A stretch of DNA of 64,000 nucleotides from Candidatus Dormiibacterota bacterium. GTDB lineage: Bacteria > Chloroflexota > Dormibacteria > Aeolococcales > Aeolococcaceae. Location of the stretch: NCBI GenBank assembly GCA_963718525.1, contig OY970355.1, positions 192,001 to 256,000 on the forward strand, written 5' to 3'. Both the position numbers and the translations under genes were made by a program. Shown here piece by piece: positions 58,564 to 64,000 of the stretch. The notes beneath the pieces were generated by a model. The model had not been told where the DNA came from. It did not search any database and was given only the letters and a program-made list of their open reading frames with translations. The first letter of the stretch is position 1. Each line of letters opens with the position of its first letter.

Positions 58564-60427
58564 GGCGCTGCGCTCTGCGGTCGACTGGCTGTTCGAGCAC
58601 CAGGACACCGACGGCTGGTGGAGCGGCGAGCTCGAGACCAACGTCACCATGACGGCTGAGCACGTCCTCCTGCTCCGTTTCCTCGGCGTGCCCCACGACG
58701 AGATTCGTGATGGAGCAATCCGCCACATCCTCGGCGCGCAGCGACAGGACGGGACCTGGGCGAACTACCACGACGGTCCAGGCGACCTGAGCACGACCAT
58801 CGAGGCGTATGTCGCGCTCCGCGTCCTCGGCGTCGATGCGACCCAACCGCAGCTCCGCAAGGCGCTGCGCATGATCCTCGACCAGGGTGGGCTCGTCGAG
58901 GCGCGCGTCTTCACCAAGATCTGGCTTGCCCTCTTCGGCATCTATCCGTGGGATGGAGTGCCGAGCATGCCACCGGAGCTCGTGCAACTCCCCTCGTGGG
59001 CACCGCTCAACCTCTACGACTTCGCGTGCTGGGCTCGGGGCACCATCGCGCCGCTGCTGATCGTGATCTCGCACCGTCCGGTGCGCGACCTCGGAGTCAA
59101 CGTCGACGAAGTCGTTGCCCGTGGGAGCGAACCGCGGATGCGTCGCGTTCCGGGTTCCGGCGTGTTCCTGTGGCTCGACCACGCGCTCAAGCTGTACGAG
59201 CGGCTCCCGCGCCAGCCGGGACGCGCCTCATCGCGCGCCAGGCTCGTCGAGTGGATCACACAGCGCCAGGAAGCCGACGGCGGGTGGGGCGGCATTCAAC
59301 CGCCATGGGTATATTCGTTGATCGCCCTCAACCTCGAGGGCATGTCCATCGACCACGCGGTGATGCGCCGCGGCCTCGACGGATTCCGACGATTCAGCAT
59401 CGACGACAAGGACGGGTGGCGTCTCCAGGCGTGCATGTCGCCGGTCTGGGACACGGCGTGGGCGATGCTCGCGCTGCGCAGGGCCGGCGTCGCTCGCGAA
59501 CACCCGGCGCTGCGACGCGCGGTGGACTGGTTGCTCGCCGAGCAGATCGCAGGCGGTGGCGACTGGCAGGTCAAGGTGCCGCTCGACACCTGCGGCGGGT
59601 GGGCGTTCGAGTTCGACAATGACGTCTATCCCGACATCGATGACACGGCCGTGGTGGTGCTTGCGCTACTGGAGGCCGGAGACCCGGCGCTCGTGTCCAA
59701 GCCGGTTGCCGAGGCGGTGCGCTGGTGCAGGGCAATGCGTTCGCGCAACGGCGCATGGGGGGCGTTCGACAAGGACAACACGCGCAACGTGGTGTACAAG
59801 TTGCCGTTCGCCGACTTCGGCGCCATGCTCGATCCTCCCTCTGAAGACGTGACTGCGCATGTCATCGAGATGCTCGCGGCTGTGGGCTGCAGCCCTGACG
59901 ACGTCGACATTCCGCCGGCACTGGCATATCTGCGCAAGACACAGCGGCCATGGGGGTCGTGGTACGGCCGGTGGGGCGTGAACCACATCTACGGCACCTG
60001 GTGCGTTGTCAGTGCGCTGGTCGCGCTGCACACCGGGGACGACATGGTCCGCGCTGCCGCCGCGTGGATTCGCCGTGTGCAGAACCCGGACGGCGGCTGG
60101 GGTGAGAGCTGTCACTCCTACGTCGATGAGTCGTTCGCCGGCGTCGGCACGAGCACGCCGTCGCAGACGGCGTGGGCGATGCTCACCCTGCAACTGGCGG
60201 GCTCGGGCGACGATCTCGCGTGTGCGCGCGGCCGGGCGTTCCTCCTGGAGCGTCAGCGCGACGGCACGTGGGATGAGCCTCAGCACACGGGGACGGGGTT
60301 CCCCGGCGACTTCTACATCAATTACCACCTGTACCGGCACGTGTTCCCGACCCTGGCGCTCGCCGGCGGCGAGCCCGCAGGCACCGGACAACGTGCAACC
60401 GAGCGCGAGCTCGTCGCCCCCAGATAA
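58553..60427 (+). CDS. shc: Squalene-hopene cyclase
   Basis: QW repeats (QDTDGWW, QEADGGW, QNPDGGWGE), SPVWDTA, catalytic YPDIDDTA, GTGFP. Confidence 0.96.
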   Translation: MQSEALRSAVDWLFEHQDTDGWWSGELETNVTMTAEHVLLLRFLGVPHDEIRDGAIRHILGAQRQDGTWANYHDGPGDLSTTIEAYVALRVLGVDATQPQLRKALRMILDQGGLVEARVFTKIWLALFGIYPWDGVPSMPPELVQLPSWAPLNLYDFACWARGTIAPLLIVISHRPVRDLGVNVDEVVARGSEPRMRRVPGSGVFLWLDHALKLYERLPRQPGRASSRARLVEWITQRQEADGGWGGIQPPWVYSLIALNLEGMSIDHAVMRRGLDGFRRFSIDDKDGWRLQACMSPVWDTAWAMLALRRAGVAREHPALRRAVDWLLAEQIAGGGDWQVKVPLDTCGGWAFEFDNDVYPDIDDTAVVVLALLEAGDPALVSKPVAEAVRWCRAMRSRNGAWGAFDKDNTRNVVYKLPFADFGAMLDPPSEDVTAHVIEMLAAVGCSPDDVDIPPALAYLRKTQRPWGSWYGRWGVNHIYGTWCVVSALVALHTGDDMVRAAAAWIRRVQNPDGGWGESCHSYVDESFAGVGTSTPSQTAWAMLTLQLAGSGDDLACARGRAFLLERQRDGTWDEPQHTGTGFPGDFYINYHLYRHVFPTLALAGGEPAGTGQRATERELVAPR

Positions 60428-60448
60428 GTCAAAGAAAAGGAGACAGCC

Positions 60449-61486
60449 ATGGCGGTGCCACTGCGACAGGCGATTCGAGTTGGAAGCTACGTGGCGCGTC
60501 AACGGCTGCGCCGCAATGAGAAGTTCGCGCTGGTCCTGCAACTCGAACCGTTGTATCAATGCAACCTGGCGTGCGCGGGATGCGGGAAGATCCAGCACGA
60601 GGACGCGATCCTCCAGCGACGCCTGACGGTGCAGCAGTGCATCGACGCCGTCGAGGAGTGTGAGGCGCCGATGGTGTCGATCGCGGGCGGGGAACCGCTG
60701 GTGCACAAGGAGATCGATCAGATCGTCGCCGCGCTCGTCGCACGCAAGCGCTACGTCTACCTGTGCACGAATGCGCTCCTCCTCGAGAAGAAGCTGCATC
60801 TCTTCACACCGTCGCCGTACTTCTCGTTCTCGGTGCATATCGACGGGCTCCGGGAGCGCCACGACGAGTCGGTGTGCCGCACCGGCGTCTTCGACAAGGC
60901 GATCGCCGCCATCGCCGCAGCCAAGGCGCGCGGATTCCGGGTCACCACCAACACGACCTTCTTCGACCAGGACGACGCGCGGTCGATTCGTGGCGTGCTC
61001 GACTTCCTCAACGATGAGGTGCAGGTCGACAGCATGCAGATCTCCCCCGGCTACGCATACGAGAAGGCGCCCGACCAGGACCACTGGCTCAACGTCGAGC
61101 GCACGCATGCGATCTTCCGCGACGCGTTCTCGGATGGACGGCGCAAGAAGTGGCGGCTCAATCACTCGCCGCTGTTCCTCGATTTCCTCGAGGGCAAGGT
61201 GGACTTCAGCTGCACCGCATGGGGCATCCCGAGCTATTCGGTGCTCGGCTGGCAGCGTCCGTGCTACCTCATGTCCGATGGCTATGCGACCTCGTACCGC
61301 GAACTCCTCGACACGACTGCATGGGAGAAGTACGGACGGGGCCGCGACGAACGCTGCGGGAACTGCATGGCGCATTGCGGCTACGAGCCCACCGCTGTGG
61401 TCGCGACCTCAGCGTCGCTGCGCGAGTCGTTGCGTGCGGCGAGTGACAGCCTTCGTCCGCGCACAAGCAAGCCACATCTGAACTGA
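60449..61486 (+). CDS. hpnH: Adenosyl-hopane radical SAM protein HpnH
   Basis: LEPLYQCNLACAGCGKI, CTAWG.P, C.NCMAHCGYE. Confidence 0.95.
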   Translation: MAVPLRQAIRVGSYVARQRLRRNEKFALVLQLEPLYQCNLACAGCGKIQHEDAILQRRLTVQQCIDAVEECEAPMVSIAGGEPLVHKEIDQIVAALVARKRYVYLCTNALLLEKKLHLFTPSPYFSFSVHIDGLRERHDESVCRTGVFDKAIAAIAAAKARGFRVTTNTTFFDQDDARSIRGVLDFLNDEVQVDSMQISPGYAYEKAPDQDHWLNVERTHAIFRDAFSDGRRKKWRLNHSPLFLDFLEGKVDFSCTAWGIPSYSVLGWQRPCYLMSDGYATSYRELLDTTAWEKYGRGRDERCGNCMAHCGYEPTAVVATSASLRESLRAASDSLRPRTSKPHLN

Positions 61487-61487
61487 C

Positions 61488-62483
61488 GTGAACCCGACGC
61501 AGCGAGCGCCCGGTGCGGGTGAGGTCTTTCTCACCGGTGCGTCGGGTTTCGTGGGCGCGCACGTGCTCAGCGCGTTGCTCGCGCGTGGCTATCGCGTGCG
61601 CGCTCTGGTGCGAGGTGGCTGGGACGCGCCGGCCGGTGCCGTCGCGGTGCACGGGGATCTCCGCTCGCCCGGCGCCCTGATCACGGCGCTGCGCGGATGT
61701 GACGCCGTCGTCCACACGGCCGCCCTGTACTCGTTCGCTCCGAGCGACCGGGCAACGATCGCGGCGGTGAATGTTCGCGGCACAGCGGGAATCCTCGAGG
61801 CCGCGCGCATCGCGGGCGTCGGGCGCTGCGTCGTCACGTCGAGCTCCGCCGCGCTCGCGCCGGCGACCGCCTCGCGCCCGGCGACGGAGACCGACTGGGC
61901 CACCGCCGACCACCGAACGTGGTCGTACCACGCCTCCAAGCTCGCGGGGGAACGCGCGGCGCTGCGCGCGCCGATACCGGTGATCACCGTGTTGCCGACG
62001 GCACCGGTTGGTCCAGGCGATCGCCGGCCGACCCCCACCGGCAAGATCGTCGTCGACCTGCTTCGTGGACGCATGCCGGCAACGCTGGGCGGGGGCATGA
62101 ACATAGTGCCGGTCGAGGACGTCGCAGCGGCGCACGTTCTGGCACTCGAGCGTGGACGCCCGGGTGAACGCTATATCGCGGGCGGTGTCAACCTGACCCT
62201 GGCGGAATTGTGGCGGCTCATCTCTCGAGCGGCAGGCAGGCCGGAGCGGACGGTGCGGCTCCCCTATGCGATCGCCGCAGCCGCTGCGCGCCTCGATGCG
62301 GCTCGCGTCCGCCTGACCGGCGGGGTGCCCGCGATCCCGCTCGAAGGAGTGCGCATGGGCCGGCTCGAGATGTATTCATCGAGCGCGAAAGCCGGTGAGG
62401 AGCTTGGATACCGGCCGTCGAGCGCCGATGCGGCAATCGAGCGGGCGGTGCGCTGGTATCGCGAGAACGGCTATGCCGCCTGA
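61488..62483 (+). CDS. hpnA: Hopanoid-associated NAD-dependent epimerase HpnA
   Basis: TGASGFVG, YHASK, PTAPVGPGDRRPTPTG. Confidence 0.88.
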   Translation: MNPTQRAPGAGEVFLTGASGFVGAHVLSALLARGYRVRALVRGGWDAPAGAVAVHGDLRSPGALITALRGCDAVVHTAALYSFAPSDRATIAAVNVRGTAGILEAARIAGVGRCVVTSSSAALAPATASRPATETDWATADHRTWSYHASKLAGERAALRAPIPVITVLPTAPVGPGDRRPTPTGKIVVDLLRGRMPATLGGGMNIVPVEDVAAAHVLALERGRPGERYIAGGVNLTLAELWRLISRAAGRPERTVRLPYAIAAAAARLDAARVRLTGGVPAIPLEGVRMGRLEMYSSSAKAGEELGYRPSSADAAIERAVRWYRENGYAA

Positions 62484-63090
62484 GGCGCAGGTGTCTGCCG
62501 TCTGCGCGATGGGCATCGAGGCATGGGGCGTGCGGCGGCGGGCACGAGATCTCCGCGTCGTCCAGATCGGCATCGGCGGCAGGCCACCAGCCGCGCTGCC
62601 GGGAATCGTGATCAGCGCTGGGCTCTGCGGCGGCCTGCTCCCCGAGCAGACCCCGGGCACGGTGGTCATTCCCAGTCAGGTTGTCGATGAGCAGGGTGTG
62701 ATCCACCCGTGTGACCCCGGCGTTGTTGCGGCGCTCGAGCGAGCGGCACGCTACCTCCGGCTGCCTGTGGCGGGCGGGTCGCTCATCTCGACCTCGGGCA
62801 TGGTGACCGGTGCCGCCCGTGCGACATGGGCAGAACGAGGTCATGTCGCGGTGGACATGGAATCGGCCGCAGCCGCCGCATCATCGAACCGCTTCGGTGT
62901 GCTTCGGGTGATCCTCGACACGCCGTCTCGCGAACTCTCGGATGCGTGGGCCGCACCGGCTCGCGCCATCCGGCAGCCCTCCAACTGGAGCGAGGCCGTC
63001 TGGCTCGGCATCAACGCGCCGCGTTTCGCGCTCCGGGTTGGCGCGATCCTAGAGGCGGCCTTCCTCGGCAATATCCACCCCGAGGTATAG
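62473..63090 (+). CDS. Nucleoside phosphorylase-like protein (HpnG-like)
   Basis: ISAGLCGGL, AVDMES, LRVILD; last gene of the hpn operon. Confidence 0.75.
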   Translation: MPPEAQVSAVCAMGIEAWGVRRRARDLRVVQIGIGGRPPAALPGIVISAGLCGGLLPEQTPGTVVIPSQVVDEQGVIHPCDPGVVAALERAARYLRLPVAGGSLISTSGMVTGAARATWAERGHVAVDMESAAAAASSNRFGVLRVILDTPSRELSDAWAAPARAIRQPSNWSEAVWLGINAPRFALRVGAILEAAFLGNIHPEV

Positions 63091-63555
63091 CTGCACCGCT
63101 CCGCGCAGCAGCTGCGCGACCCCTGGCATATCGAAGTCATCGGCCATCTGGTGCAGCGCGGCACGCTGGGCGTGCAGCGCCGCCTCGACCACCCGGCAAC
63201 CGGCCTCGGTCAGCCCCACGCGAACCATGCGCCGGTCGGGTGCCGCGCGAAGCGTCCGCACCAGCCCGCGTGCGTTCAGCTCGTGAACCATCAGCGACAC
63301 GCGTGCCTCCGGCGCTTGGATGAGATCCGCGAGGTCACCCTGGACACATCCTTCGGTTCCGGCGGCGCCCGCCTCGAGAAGAAGGTGATACTGCAGCGGG
63401 CTCAGATCGTGCTGCGCGAGGGATCGATTGATCTGGATCATCGCCTGCCGGAACCCGCGCCGAAAGACCGCCGCGAGCCGGAGATCGTCGATCGTGGCGT
63501 CCTGGAAGAATTCGGTGGTCCGAGCCTCGGGTTGAAGTTTTGCTGCCAGCGTCAC
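63049..63555 (-). CDS. MarR-family transcriptional regulator
   Basis: LSPLQYHLL, DLA, GLV.., DRRMVRVGLTEAG. Confidence 0.85.
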   Translation of the reverse strand: MTLAAKLQPEARTTEFFQDATIDDLRLAAVFRRGFRQAMIQINRSLAQHDLSPLQYHLLLEAGAAGTEGCVQGDLADLIQAPEARVSLMVHELNARGLVRTLRAAPDRRMVRVGLTEAGCRVVEAALHAQRAALHQMADDFDMPGVAQLLRGAVQLYLGVDIAEEGRL

Positions 63556-63697
63556 GCCTTCGACTTTACAAGGTGGGGAAGGGTCAGCCGGCTGCCAATG
63601 GGCGGTCTATAGCAAATGTTTATTAACAGACGGTAAAAAACGGTGAAGCTCTCGCAAGGCAGTTCCATCTACTCAGCACGGCGTTGTCAGGATGCTC

Positions 63698-63836
63698 GCC
63701 CAGGGGCCACATCTGAGGGGGGATGCCAGCCAGGGGGATGGTGCCTAGGGGGCGGGCCCACCGGATGGGAGCGCAGCCCGCGTCGAGCGGGCTACGCCTC
63801 TCTCCCACCCTCCGACAGCAGGCTGGCTCGCTGGGC
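63698..63836 (-). ncRNA. Candidate multi-stem structured RNA with C-rich loops
   Basis: Nested stems gcccag/ctgggc, gccagcc/ggctggc, tgggag/ctccca and cgtagcccgc/gcgggctgcg; G-U pairs favour the minus strand. Confidence 0.5.
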
Positions 63837-64000
63837 TTACGCCGGGGTCCGGTCGGGGATGGTGCGGCCGAGCGCGCGGAGCGCCCGAATGTACTTGGGG
63901 GTGCTCTCCGGCTCGCCGGAGCCGGCCGCTGCAAGTCGAGTCATTACGGCATCGATCAGGGCGTCATCGGCAGCGAAGAGTTCCATCTCGACCTCGCGGA
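63837..64000 (-). CDS. CYTH-domain protein, C-terminal fragment (runs off window end)
   Basis: Manual translation ...REVEMELFAADDALIDAVMTRLAAAG...PKYIRAL...TPA*; the ExExE and K..RAL pattern fits CYTH enzymes. Confidence 0.6.
   Translation of the reverse strand, partial: REVEMELFAADDALIDAVMTRLAAAGSGEPESTPKYIRALRALGRTIPDRTPA

Overview
High-GC bacterial chromosomal window, densely coding. I see no rRNA, CRISPR array, prophage, integrase or transposase. The GAAC-N4-GTTC LexA box, many apparently leaderless genes and the gene content suggest a monoderm-type soil lineage such as Chloroflexota or Ca. Dormibacterota; this is inference only. From left to right: (1) a membrane glycosylation region (GT4, GT2s, several GT-C-like proteins, a PMT-like mannosyltransferase, and a GT2-GtrA-GAF-like fusion) interrupted by nadA with an NrtR-type operator; (2) CPBP and SppA proteases; (3) a LexA-boxed imuA-imuB-small gene-dnaE2 mutagenesis cassette; (4) aromatic catabolism genes (PaaZ-like ALDH, hmgA, aminotransferase, FAA hydrolase); (5) cydAB and a MarR locus; (6) two tRNA-Ser genes; (7) a tandem zinc-ribbon paralog pair; (8) pstSCABB-phoU, thiOSGE and a divergent PhoB/PhoR-like pair; (9) a hopanoid operon (prenyl synthase, fni, hpnC, hpnD, hpnE, shc, hpnH, hpnA, hpnG-like), a MarR gene and a partial CYTH gene. 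The most notable unexplained signals are four structured intergenic elements that look like unassigned ncRNAs (about 419-571, 7467-7563, 19985-20095, 63698-63836). Also notable are lesions in conserved motifs that all fall in a (C)GAGTC context (possible methylation signature) and the physical coupling of Pho, thiamine and hopanoid genes. All product calls come from recognising motifs by eye; no database searches were run.
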